This document shows, one piece after another, positions 14,001 through 28,990 of a stretch of DNA of 64,000 bases (its first letter is position 1; the number at the start of each line of letters is the position of its first letter). The DNA lies in contig NC_045696.1 of assembly GCF_009834535.1 (NCBI RefSeq), positions 99,202,001 through 99,266,000 of the forward strand. Direction: 5' to 3'. A program made the translations under genes and the position numbers. The notes under the pieces were generated by a model. The model was not told the origin of the DNA. It ran no database searches and saw only the letters and a program-made list of their open reading frames with translations. The stretch is from Camelus ferus. Lineage: Eukaryota.

Positions 14001-15325
14001 CTAATCATCAACCTTACATTGTTTCCACTGACTCCAAGGAAGTGGACCTTAAAATGGAATAGGCCCGCCGTTTCCACCTCAAACTTGGCACAACTTGGAA
14101 GCTGGTGATCGGGGAGTTTCTACCCCAAGTACGGGTCGCTGGTGATCAAAACCTAGGAGGGGAGGCGGCAGGGAGCCACCACTGGGAGAAAATGAACTCG
14201 ATCTTGCAAACGACCACAATCTTTCCTCTCTTCTTCCTCTCCCAACATTCCCTACTTCCCCTACTCTCCCCTTCACCCTCAGACCGGTTTGGGCAGGCTT
14301 CTCGAGGCTGGGCCATTCTCAAGATTATGGAAGGATGTGATTTTTCCAAAGGGGGTCAAGGCCGCTGTCCTCAAAAGTGTTCAACTCGAGCAGTTGCCTT
14401 TGTCCTAAGGGTCGGGGACTCTAGTTTGGCCAACTTAGGTCTGGGAGAATCGTTTCTCTCCACTAGAATCCTTATTTTTAAACTTTTTTCTCATGATAGT
14501 AGGTACCTTTCTCGCTTAATTTTTCATCTTTTCATCTACACTCAGAGGACAGAGGGGACTGGACGCAGAGACTCTCCAAGCAAGGATTTGAGACCGAGAA
14601 CTGTTTCGCCTATGTTTTCTCCTGCAATAAATTCGGGTCCCAGGAGCCGCGCCTGTAGCAGCCCCAGCAAAACCCAGCGGCGGAAACCAACACTCAGGTG
14701 CAGAAAACTGCCCCGGCTGCTGCGATCCTCCCCGAGGACAGTAGCTGAAGGAAGTGGGCCGTTGCAGGACTGCGGGGCACTGAGCAAGAATACAGTTTCG
14801 TGCCGTCCTCCCCCTTCCACCCTGAGAGTCTCTGGGAACTCCGGCAGAAGCGAATTTCTCCCCCTCTCCTACTCAGAGCACTTTGCGGGCTCTGCTATGT
14901 CGAGAAAGAAAAGAAAAATATTTTCCGAGGGTCCTTTTTTTTTTTTTTTTTTAACTTGGAGCTCTATTGTCAACTTCAATAAAATAACACCTTTCCCAAG
15001 TCGGTCAGTAAATACCGCGGAAGCCGCCGCACCCTCCAATTGGCTTGCTATTCGGTGGCCGCAGCCAAGTCCCCAACTCCAGCCTCACCCGTGAGACTGG
15101 GGAGCTGCCGGTTGAACCTCCGCGCGCCAGGCCGGGGTCCCTATGGCCAGCCTACCTTCCCTTTCTGGGCCCCGAAGTCTGCAGACAACTCGAGCCAAAT
15201 TAAATCGAGTCGCGTCAACTTGTAAATGGCTTTAAAATCTGTGACTCTCCCCTCGGTATGTGCCCTACTGCCTGACGGATATAAACTGTCACATTCTAGT
15301 TTCTCCAGAGAGTAAAAGAGAAATA

Positions 15326-15386
15326 TATGTATGTGTGTGTGTGATATATATGTGATATATATGTATATCACACACACACATACATA
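15326..15386. repeat. Perfect 23-bp inverted repeat made of TG/CA microsatellite arms
   Basis: TATGTATGTGTGTGTGTGATATA (15326-15348) and its exact reverse complement (15364-15386). Confidence 0.9.
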
Positions 15387-16379
15387 GATACATAACTGTG
15401 ACACTGCCTTCATAGCTTTGCCTGGTGTTAGGATTTAATACAACAGAATTCACTAGAACGAGATGATGAGCCTTGTTTAGAAGCATTACTTAAAAGTGGC
15501 GACTTGAAGGATTTCAGGAATTATTCAAAGACTTTCTGGCTTTATATTGTTCGTTTTTTAAGGAGCCAGGAATGTGCCTTTTACCCAGTGTCCTTCGCTG
15601 CCCTTTTCAGGCAGCAATCGGCACTCCTGACACTTGGTTAAGCCTCAGGACTTAAAAAGATCATTTCCTCGAACACTAATTTGAGCGAAATCTGGATTCA
15701 GAGTGTGGGTTTACACGCCCAGCTCGAATGTCTAATGTATCAAATCCTCGTTAACGAACGGCCCGCTCCGTGGCCGTGTCAGCCAAAGGTCAGCCCCATG
15801 CAACAGGGCAGCGCGGTTCAAAAGCGCTCTTCCAGCGCCCTGCCTCCCCCTCCTCGCACCCCCCCCCCACTGCAAAATCCATCTTTCACATTTCAATAAT
15901 AGAGAACGGGGAGTTCCAACGAGAAATGCCAAGGTTGTTTTTCTTTCTTTCCTGTTTCCCTCCCCTTAGTGACTTGTAAACGACGTGTCCTAAGGCAACT
16001 ACTGAAAAATTAAGTTTATTTTTTCCAGTGGGAAGGGAGTGGAGTTAGTGGACAAGGTAATTGTCGAAATGCCCTCGTGAGGCACGTATATTTGAGAAGC
16101 TGCGACGCTTAGAAATCTTCACTTAAAAATAGTAATAATAGTAACTTCACAGCATTCAAATGAAAGCCATGAATAAACTTTGTTAGGGACCTCAGGGATT
16201 AGAAACTCCTTAGGGGAAGGGGCAATTCTCCTGGCCCGCTATTCCCCCCTCCCCCGCCCCCAACACACACACACACACACTTCAGAGACCAGCAGAAAGC
16301 TTATTCTTAAAAGATAGCTTTGGTGGATGTCCACAGGGACAAAGAGGATCCAGGAGAGGAGGCTGGACCCTCTACGCTC

Positions 16380-17130
16380 CCTCCTCACTGGGGAGCCCCG
16401 CGACGTTTCTGACTACCGTGGGGTGCTCGGAGTTCATACACACACCAGCCGCAGAGGCCGGACTGGCGCGGCGGCTCCTCAGGAGCCCAACTTCTCGGCG
16501 CGCGCCTCGAGCCACGCGCGCGCACGCAGCCGCGGGCCCAGTTGGCCGAAAGGTGGCGGGGCGGGGTGAGGGAAGAACGCGACTTACCGGGTCTGGGGTC
16601 TAGATTTCGGGCAAGGTTGGCAGCAGATTGAGGCCGGGCAGACAGTCAGTCCTACCGGAGACGGGCAATTTGGACAGGGACTGAGGCGCAACTGGGGCGG
16701 GGAGGAAAGCGCCTGTCCGGTTTGGGGTCCCTCTCCCCTTGGCCCGGGCCTGCGCCCCCCCGCCGTCGCCTTCGCAGACGCAACTCGGCCAGGCCAGGGG
16801 AGGCCCCAGAGCCCGCCTCGCCGCCTCAAATCAGAGCCTCCAGGCCTCCGGGGCTCTGGCGCCGACCCCGGGGGCGCCCGGGGGAGGTGGGGGCGGGGAA
16901 GGGGCGTCCCCACTTTCCAGCGCGGGAGAGGGCAACCGCGTCGCCCGCACGGACGCTGACCGCCAAGCAGAGGAGCCGGGCAAGTCCGCTGCGCTGGGCC
17001 GCTGGCTGGCAGACCCCGGCCCGCTCCCCCCACCCGCCCCTCCTTTCCCTCTCGCCCTTCGCCAAATGAAAAGGGTTCTTTGGACCTTGGCCTTTTGGGC
17101 AAGAACGCAGGAACCCACGCTGGGTTGGAG
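16380..17130. promoter_or_regulatory. Orphan CpG island downstream of ZIC1
   Basis: Very GC/CpG-rich, several GGGGCGGGG boxes. Confidence 0.7.
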
Positions 17131-18529
17131 CTTTCTGCTCTGAGGAACCTGACACAGGTCTTCGTAATTAGCGTGGAGTTGATAAGAGTCTAGCTCGCAC
17201 CCGCCCCCAACATATTCAAACACAAAAGGACCCAAATTGCGAACGGGTTTCCTCTGAGGTAGCCCTTGTGGCGGGGGTTCGGTGGATCGAGGGATTCCTC
17301 GCCTCTGAGTAGACGCCTGGGGGCTCTGTCCTCTGGGGATCTAGGACAAGAGAACTCTCGGGCGCCAACCCCTTTCCACCCAGTCCCTGGGACCGCTTCT
17401 AGGCTGAGTAGCTTCTGCCAGGCGGCCCTGGGCCTAGGTCCTGGTGGCTTTTCTCTGACCATCCTGGTGTTATTGAGCTCCGAGACTCGGAAGCTGGGTG
17501 GGAGGAAAGGCCTTTTCCTAGTAGGAACGTTTCTAAAACCCTTCTGCTGCACCTCCAGGTTCAAAGCTGAAGACTTGGCGAATGGTGGCTGTCAGGTGAA
17601 ATGATACTATGGCCCCCGGATCTCAGAACTGGTGGGAGTGAAGCTGGCCGTGGGTTAGACGCAGGGCGAACCAGGCAATGACAAAAGGCCTTTCCTGTTG
17701 GCAGTGGGGTAAGCAAGAGGGGTGGGCGCCATGGAATGGATCTGTCCGTTCAAAGTAAAATCCAGAGGAGAATTGGAACCTGTCTGGCAGCCATTTTCTG
17801 ATGTCATGGTACCTTGGATTTTGACTAAAAACACCCAAAGACAACTCTATAGACGTTGGTGTGAGGAACGAGTGACCCAGGGACCCTCCACTACCCCTCC
17901 CCTTTGTTTACAAGTGCTGGTCACTCCACCAGACCGGTCATGCACTGGCTCTGGAAATGTCAGTGCACTGGCCACAAAATATCATGCAATGTTCAGAACC
18001 CCAAGAATGTCAGCAGGAGAGGAAAGCAATAGCCCTGTGCCTGAACTCTGGCTTTCTCTAACCAAACCCTACACATTTCAGGTCTCATGGCCAGGGCAGT
18101 TCCTCCACGAGTTGTCATATTTGCGCCACCTAAGCACGATTGAGGTGAACAGGACTATACCAGCTCTTAAACATGCAAGCTGACAAGTATCATTTGGGAG
18201 GGTGGAGTGGATCGAGCAAGCGGCTGATAGTCCCCTACACAGGTATGTAAGGCCTGGGTCACAGCCAGAGAGAGGAATAGGAACCCAAAAGAGAAAGGAC
18301 AAGGAGGAGAAAGACAAACAGACAAAGACAGGCGGACACTCAGGCCTAGATCATGGAAAGAAAAAGAGGGTGGGAGCTAGGAAAACCCTTAGTGTCCCGC
18401 CCCCCAACTCAGGCTTCGGCTCTGTCTAGGGGCCAGGTGACTGGAGGGAATGTCTTTTCCAAGGAGCCAAGGGATATGAGAACAGCCAGGAAGAGGACAG
18501 GAGGAGGACGGCTCATAAGTGGACACTAT

Positions 18530-18910
18530 TCACTCCTCGCAGCCCGCCGCCCGCGGCCCTTAGGAAAGCGGAGACTGCGGGGCCGGCTCAGTGGCTGGAG
18601 CCTACTCTGCCTGGCTTTGTGAACTCAAACCAGCGCGGTTTCAAATCAAACACGTGCAGCTTCTTCGCCGCACTATTTTGGCAGCCCCACCAGCGGCTTT
18701 CATCCGCCAGAGCCTCAGAACTATTCCTCCGTGGGCTGCGTGGGCGGGGGCGCCTCATGCATATTCATCAGCACGTGGAACCGCGGGCCGCGGGCCGCGC
18801 ATGCGCACTGCTCTCCCAGCTCCAGCCCCAGCCCGCGGCAGCCACTTGGAAAGCGCCCCGCCGGGCTGCAGGGTGGCGCAGGGGTCCCCTCAAAAGCTGA
18901 CCGCCAGGCC
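18530..18910. promoter_or_regulatory. Small CpG island with promoter-type motifs
   Basis: CACGTG x2, GC box, ATGCATATTCAT, GCGCATGCGCA. Confidence 0.6.
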
Positions 18911-21766
18911 TTATGTGGAAGTGCTGTGAGGAAAGGCTTGCTGTTCCACCCTGCCACAACTAACCCACCTCCAAAGTCTGTGTTTATACATTTTCAAGAA
19001 ATTTTCCAGGACAAAAATCTCCCTTGACTCATAGATTCACCCACCCCTATCCCTTCTCGTGGTTTTACCTTCCTCCACAACTTTCAGTTTTCGTTGCCAG
19101 AGGCTAGGGTTTTCCCGGATACACGGAAAAAATGTAAAAAGGAATCAGGATGTGAGCTTCTCTCACTCTCATCCTGTTTTCTGTAGCTTAATTGAATTGT
19201 TACACAAAAGACATGCAAAGACATAATTTTTTTTAAAGTTTGCTAAGGTCGATAGCCTTCGAGCGTCTGGTTTTTTTTAAATATATAATTCGTATGTTTA
19301 TATCCACACTTAACTGTTGATTCTTGTATATGCTGTCAGTGAAAATATCACTCTTTCACAACCAGTGAATTCTTACGCATGTAATTACAAAGATGACTCT
19401 CAATCATCAGAGGCAGCTAAAATTTTGTGGACAATTGACAGAAAATAGTAAGTCTCTAGTATCATTGCCAAGCAATATCATTTCTATACTAGATAGCTAA
19501 ATCTAGTTTCTTATTCTTGAAAAACCTACCTCCAATACATCATCAATTGGAAACTTAATAGTGTTTTAGGTCCTTGCCCTAAAGTGGAAATAAAATTTAG
19601 GAGCTAATGCCAGAATTCAGCTTGCACGGTAAAAATAGACCCTGGTTTGGCCTGATTGGGTTTCCTCTTGCTTAATGAGACACTCTGGAGTGAACCAGCC
19701 TTGCACAGATTAATGGAGAACATTGCCCATATTTTGTGTGTATTATGCCATTATATTTGCAACCAACTTTGAGGAAAAGGCTCAAATGTGACATACTATA
19801 GGAAGTTATTAACATTTTTTCTTATTTCTTGCCCCAAACTAGTGATTATCATTTGAAAAAAATAGATTGCTGTATAGTTACCCCCAGAAAGCCTTACATT
19901 CTATAGCTAACCAGTTTAAATGGGTACGTATTACTGATAGTGAATGGGGTGGTAAAAAACTGAAAGAAAAAAAAAAACCTAGGTAATGTGAACCTTTAAT
20001 GGTTTGCCTGGCAGAGATGAGGTAAATCTTTCCATTGCCACTCTATTTTCAAGAATTCTAAAACCAGAGAGTGACATCAACTGTGACCAATTTTATAAAA
20101 GCAACACTTTGTTTTTCTAATATGAACACACAGTTCTAAGAACTACACTTAATGCTAGGAGGAAACAAGAACTCTGTACCTAGAGAAGAGAAAATAAATT
20201 TGTAATTAGTACTTTGAGTTGGAAAAAAGAAAGACATGTGAGCTCGGAATCTGCTGACTTCATATCCTAGTTCACAAATAATCAAAGGCACAAGCTCAGT
20301 GCCCTCATTTTGAGTTTGCTGGACCACATATAGTTACTCCTCAACCCATTTTTAAACTGACGCTGCTCTTTAAGGACCAGGGCCTTCCCCAGCCTGCTTC
20401 CTGGGAAGCAGTGTGAGTATGCTCAGGTACTGACTCCACTAGCACTGATTCACAAGGGGTCCAGGACATTGATGACTACTTGACCTCAAAAAGGGAACCA
20501 TCAGGAAGGTTTCAGGGCCAGGTAAGGTATTTGGGGAATGTAGTTCTGTCCCCAGCCCTTTAAAAGTTCTGAGAAAACTTCACAATCAACAAATAAAAAC
20601 ATCTAAATGCCAGGCCCATCAGCAAAGAAGGTTAGTGCTATTTTCATTGTCAGCTAAAGCGCAAAAAAAAAAAAAAAGGAAAAAGAAAAAAAATGTTAAG
20701 CATATGGGGCAATTGAAAGGTTACATCTTTCTTTTGGAGGTAGTTTGCTTCTTAAAGGTTAACTTGAATGCTTGACTTTAAAAAATCAAAATCATCAGCT
20801 GTAAATGCTTAAAGCAGTTGGGGGTAGCTTTTGAAGAAGAAAACAAAGGGTCTGAAATGTTTGAAAATTGCTTAGCCCTCCTATAAGTGGTACTGGTATA
20901 TTTACATGCTTACTCTGTACATGTACACACACACACATACCACAACTCATTCCTCTTCAATTCTCAAATATGATTGCTTGTACTCAGACATTTTTTTGTT
21001 GACACAGTATAACTTTTTAATACCTTGTTAGCCATTCTAATCATTTGATAGTAACAAAATACAGTGCAGTCAAAATATGAACCAGGACAGCTTTCTGCCT
21101 AAATCAAAATCCACAGCTACACACAGAAACCAGCCATTTGCAGCATCTTCAGCTGCTGCTAAATAGGGTCTAACAATATATTTCGCTGTTCACATTCATG
21201 TATTTCAAAACCTAATAGCCCATGAAGAAAAGTATGAAGAATTCATCTCAAGAAGCAGACATTAAAGGTACCAGAACAATAATAGACTACATTTAAGTTT
21301 GAAGCATTATTTTAGGAAACCTACATCATGAATGACTTTTTCTCTATGGTGAGTGTTGGAGAAGAGAATACATAAAGGGGGTTGACACAAATATTAACTT
21401 CTACTATAAAAGTTCCTTTCCTGTGAGTGAGATTAGTCACAAACACAAACACAGTACCCCTCAAATGTTTTTCTAAAAAAGTATTTGGCCTCCAGTGTCT
21501 ACAAAATTTTCTTAAATATGAAACTGGAAGTAAATATCTATAAAATTTATCTTTAAAATATCCTATTTAAATCATATATCATAGTATGATATTTAATTAT
21601 TCTACTGTGATATTAAAGTTTAAAAGGGCATCAGGTACATAAGAAATAGTAAAACATTTATACTTCCAAATTAGAAGTAAACTTCTTTCAGGAATGGTCA
21701 AAGAAAAAATGCCCACATTTACTACCCTCCTAAATGCACTAACAAAGTTACAAAAGTACTATTGCT

Positions 21767-21793
21767 ATGATGATGATGATGATGATGATGATG
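21767..21793. repeat. (ATG)9 microsatellite
   Basis: Direct reading. Confidence 0.9.
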
Positions 21794-23529
21794 ATCATTA
21801 TCATACTTCTATCAGGGTCTCAGACATCCTGATCTCTAAAGGAAAGGGGAAGGATTATTAACTGAGGTGTTTATCTTTTTTTCCTAAAGAGATGAGCTAT
21901 TTTTATTCCTCTTTCAGTTTATTAATTTGGGGGCCCCATGTCTGGAGTCACTTCAAATACTATGCCATTAGTCAATTTTAGACCTCCAAAACCAACTAGG
22001 ATCAGCTTTTGGTCTCACAAATTTTCAGAAACAGCAGCTATTCCTGCTTAGGTGTTCAACTTCCTTAAAATCTCACCAAATCTTGCAAGGTGGCGCTCTT
22101 TTCATGAGAGGTTGATACTTACTCCTCTAAATCACAGTAACATTTTTAAAAAAGTTAAACACCACCATCCTCAGTTTTTGATGTGCTGCAGAAAGTGCAT
22201 CCAATCCCCTCACCGAAGAAAACTTTGTTGACTACAATTGACATATACAAATAGCAAGTGATGAAAGGACAAGTCAAAAAAAATTTAAGAGAATTGAACA
22301 TTTTGATTTTGCAATTGCTCAATGGTACATTTTGAAACAGATGAGAGTATCTTAAGGGGTTCTCAACCTCTTGAGAGTTTTTCCCTCTTGCCTTCCTTCT
22401 CAGGATCAATATGGCCCGTGACGTCCTGAACACACATAGTGTGTTAAAATGCAAGTCTGGGTTCCTCCTTGCCTACACTGAGGTCAGTTTCTGCCTCCTG
22501 CTCTGACACATCCACACCCTTGTAGCTACAGCCCAGGCCCTGATTTGTGATCTCCGTACGTTGTCTGCTTAATGGGGCGATCATGCAAGCTACAACCAGA
22601 GACAAAGAAGCCCGCGTTCCTACCAGCGCAGCTAACTTCGAGGGAGCAGTATAGCTTGCAAATCTATCAAACTAAACTGCAAGAAAGACAATCTGATTTA
22701 GAGAAAAGGCGTTCTGCTACAGTCATTAAGCACAAGTAATTTAGATTTTTTATATTGTCTCCTCATTTACAAATTTACTGTATCAACGCCACCCAATGGA
22801 ACGAATTTCTTAAGTAAATGAGAAATAAATAAAAGAGAAAGATAATCAAATTACGTAAAATAATTCTCTTCCCTAGATGTATTTTCGAGAGAACTAATAA
22901 TAGTGGCAAAATTATAGGAATAATAACATATCATAGGAAGTAATTAATTTAAATTAGCATCACGTTTGAAAAAATATAAGTAAAACGCTTTATGGACTTT
23001 TACTTTTGTACAAAGAAGGAAGGCTTGGAAAAGCATGCATCGACATCCTGAAAATTAGTTATGGCCATAAATGGTTTAATTGAAGACAGCAATTTAAAAT
23101 ATGATATTGTAAATCTGCAACCCGGTTTCAGCTCGGGGAATTTAATTTGGGGGATAGCGGAACCCTCGGCTGCAAGTTCATTTGCAACGCTGCAGAGCGA
23201 GCCCCTGAGCTTCTGACAATTCGCCTACATTAATATTGATGTCGCCTGTGCAATCTATTTCTGTTATTTTTATGGTTGTTATTCTACGTCTGCAAAGGTC
23301 ATTTAAATTATACTGCGACCGAAAATTTGTTTCATAAATTTTGATATAAATACTAATTACACCCTCTCGGAGAGCCAGCAGGGTAGCGTTCATTTATCAC
23401 GTTTATACGACCTGCGATGACAGAAAGGGAAGGCGAGGGAGACTGGTGAGCTTTTCCAGGGACCCTCTAAGGCTGGCAGAAGAGGCAGCAGGTTGCTGGG
23501 GGTGAAGAAGAAATTCCTACCACAATCAC

Positions 23530-24573
23530 TGAGATTTAAGAATCTTTAATAAGGTACGAAAGGTTACCAAACAGTTCTGGAAACTAAAGTGTACATACGA
23601 GTTCTTCTAGCCATAAATATTGAATAGCTGTAACATGAATAAACCGGCCCTTTACATGCGGATAAATATGGAAACTAGGAATTATATACATTATGTGGTT
23701 GTATCTTTTGCCAAAAGTAACGGACAGTTATAGTTTATATCTTTTTTTAATATCACTTTACATAAACAAATGGAACAGTTTGACACGCAGATCCAGGCTC
23801 GTACTATACGAATTCTTGACAGGACGTGAAACAACATTTTACTGCACTAAAGTACTTAGACTTTGGGACGAAATGTTTGCACTTTATACAAAAAAAGCAC
23901 ATTAATACCAATAATATTCTGTTAGGTCGACGTGAAGACTGTAATCGTACAAAGTAATTCACATTTTGGTACACATTTACTAGAACATTCTTGCCATTCA
24001 GTACAAACAGTTGGCTTTCGGCCACCCACCCCCCTCCCCTCTCCCTCCCCCTCCCGCCCGGCCCCTCCCCCCTCCCCCAATGCAAAGACCACAACTCCAC
24101 GATCCCGCCCGCCCGTTCCAACCGAGATATAACTATATACAGAATCCAACAGTACAGTTTTAAGCTAATAATTCTGTATGTACAAGAATGCAAAGCAAAA
24201 AAAGAAAGAAAGAAAGAAAGAAAAACCGAATCCCAGAGAGCCTGTTCGGATTCCGAGGAGAAACTGGCCCTCAGGGTTGGCGGCATTTGGTCAGGCGGCC
24301 GCCTTCTCCTCGACGCCCCCCACCCCCCACCCCTTGGCTACCAAGCCTTTGCCAAAAAAAGAAAAGGAAAGAAAAAGAGGGGGGGAAATTAAAGGTTCGG
24401 TGCCTTTTCTCTCTTACTCGGTCCTGGGTCTATTGGCAGGTTTAGAAAAAATAGGATTGTGAGGGTGTGGGTGGGGGCTGTTTTGATGCTCAGGGTTCTT
24501 TCAGTAATATGTTGTATACGTGTGTGTGTTCAGTCTCTTAAATAGGGTTTTGTTCGGTGTTTTGTTTCCGATT
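23530..24573 (-). other. ZIC1: ZIC1 3' UTR to the proximal poly(A) signal (may extend to ~21.4-21.9 kb)
   Basis: AU-rich sequence after TAA; ATTAAA (minus) at 23545-23550 with several upstream UGUA motifs and a downstream GU-rich stretch. Further AATAAA (minus) near 21902 and 21918. Confidence 0.6.
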
Positions 24574-24825
<252 letters not shown>

Positions 24826-25469
24826 CTAGGAGGGGTGAAGGCGGAGTGCCGCCTCCAAGCGCGCCCCCCCCCGCCCCCCGAGCCATGGATCCCCTTCAAC
24901 TCAAGGGGGGCCCGACCAGCGGGACTTGGGTTTGCTTGTTCCGCCTGGCCCTGCAGAGGCAGTGCTCCAGGGAGGGACAGTGCCCCCCGGGACTCACAAA
25001 AGAAAATAGATCTGGGAACTGGGAGGCTGGATGTGAGGCCGGAGCCAGAGACGGTCCCTCCCTCAGCCGCTGAACTTTGTTTGCTTAGATTTCGGTGAGC
25101 AAGCGCTCAGGCCTGCCTGCAAGACCCCAACTCTGCCCAGCGCTGCCAGCCAAGCCACCATGGCCACAGCTTCGGCAGCATCAACCCGCTGGGACGGCCC
25201 TAGCTCCACATCAGTCACAGCGTCTGCTCAAGTGCTCACTTCCTTTGACTTTTATTATTAAACGGCAAATTTAGAACGGCCTTGGGTGCCCCCCTCCCCT
25301 TTTCCAGCCCCCGCCCTCTCTGCCCAGCCCCACTAAGTGGAGAGGAACCATTGCCTTTCCGCCTCCACCAGCTCCTGTCACCGCCCGGCTGCCACTCGCC
25401 GCCCGACCCCGGCCGCAGAGCTGAGCGGGCTCTTGGCTCCAAGGCCGGCGGCGAGAGCGCGGCGATTAC

Positions 25470-25633
25470 CTTCATGTGTTTGCGCAACGAGCTGGGGTGC
25501 GTGTAGGACTTGTCGCACATCTTGCAAAGATAGGGCTTGTCGCTTGTGTGCACGTGCATGTGCTTCTTGCGATCGCTGCTGTTGGCAAAGCGTCGGTCGC
25601 AGCCTTCGAACTCGCACTTGAAGGGCTTCTCCC
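25470..25633 (-). CDS. ZIC1: ZIC1 coding exon 2 (zinc fingers 4-5)
   Basis: Acceptor cctttcgcaccag|GG; encodes [55 protein letters not shown]; donor AAG|GTAATC; 164 nt. Confidence 0.98.
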
Positions 25634-26981
25634 CTGGTGCGAAAGGCGAGAAACAAAGTTCTGGTTAGAACAACCCCCGCCATTCTCTTTAAAAATTCAA
25701 ACAAATAGAAAAAATAAAAACAAAACAAAACAAAAAGGCAGCGGCCCAGCATTAGCACTTTGCAAGCTCAAAACCCGGGTCTTTAATAAAGTCATATATA
25801 GGCAATGGAATTGTAACTATCTGAACTATTTTAACTTCTAATCCAATTAGATCCAGATTTTATTATTTTATTATTAGCAGTAGTAGTAATGCTGGTAGTT
25901 TTTTAGATCCCAGAGTAGCAGCAGTGCTGGTGGCTGCTTTTTCGGCACGGGGCTGTACAAGATGACTTCGGGCAGCTTCTACCTAGCTCTCGGTTTCTAA
26001 TTTTCACATTCTGGGCTGATTCTCCTGCTGTTTTGCTCTTCTCTCCTCCCCCTACCCCTCCCCGACGCTCCGCACCCCCCTCGTCGCCGCCCCCACCCCA
26101 CCCCACCCCCTATACACACTCACATTTTATAGGGTAATCTGGGCCAAGAGCTCGGCGCCGCAAGTTCTTCCCTGACACCGGCGTTAAACACCAAGTTCCA
26201 AGTGCGGTTCTCAGAAAACACCCGGGCGAACCAGAACAGGGAAGCAGCCTGGATTCCTGGCCTTGTTAGCCCAAGAGACTCAGAATGGCCTGCCCGACCC
26301 AGGCTACAGCCCTGCGCTCGCTGCGAACTTTTATTTGTTCCCAACCGATCTCTTTTATTTTTAAAGGCCAACTCAGGGCATTCGGTGTTTTGAAAGCCTT
26401 CTCACAGAATCTAATTGACCAAAAGGACTTCCCTGTCTACCGACTCTCCTGACTTCTGAAGCCTACTTACAAACAAGTCACTACTAGAATTGGAGCTCTT
26501 AAAATATGCGTAAGCCGCCAAAAGCCGCCTCAGGCCCGACTTACTTGCTTTTTGCCACTACCCACGCCCCCCTTTTCTGTCTCTGTTTTTGTTTCTTTCC
26601 ATGCTCCTTCACTGATTTCCTCCAGCTTCCTCAGTTCCTTCCTTTGGCAAAGTCCTCACTAAGGTGCGTAGAGAATGATGCTGGCCTGAAGCAAACATTT
26701 AGATTTGCCTGCAACTGGAGCGGCTGGCGCCTCGGCAGACGCCGGAGCCAGCTAGCCATCTATCCCGGCTCCGCGCGCACGAAGGGCTCCGTAAAGCCAT
26801 GTTTGACTCTTCTCTCTCGGCGTTTCTTATTTCTCATTTTAAAATCTATATCCCTAGATCCTTCTGGTCCGACCCCCTCTGTACTTTATTAGCATTTCAA
26901 GCCTTAAACTAAAAACCAGTTCACACTTTCTCTGGCTGCTGGAACCTGACTTCCAGACCCAGCCAAGGTCGTTTTTGCTCA

Positions 26982-28791
<1,810 letters not shown>

Positions 28792-28990
28792 TGAAAGGAC
28801 GACACCGTCCCCCCCTTGATGAATGGGAGCAGGGGGAGACGTCACGTGCTGCTGACGCGGGCGCCCATTGGTGTGCCCGCACTCCCCCCGCCCGCAGCCG
28901 CCGCGCCAACGGAGGGCGCGCCGAGGCGCCGCGCGCCGTTCATTGGCCCGCCCGCCTCATCAATCCCAGGTATTGTAAAGCGCTTGACAT
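28792..28990 (-). promoter_or_regulatory. ZIC1 core/proximal promoter
   Basis: Two CCAAT boxes on minus (ATTGG at 28867 and 28942), an overlapping CRE-like/E-box GACGTCACGTG at ~28838-28848, GC boxes, CpG island. Confidence 0.75.

Noticed and set aside
14105..15094. 329-aa ORF on the plus strand
   Set aside because: GTG start, no recognisable domain, runs through a poly-T tract and low-complexity sequence; likely a chance ORF.
22083..22096. CTCF-like TTGCAAGGTGGCGC
   Set aside because: A single partial motif match; not supportable without ChIP or PWM scoring.
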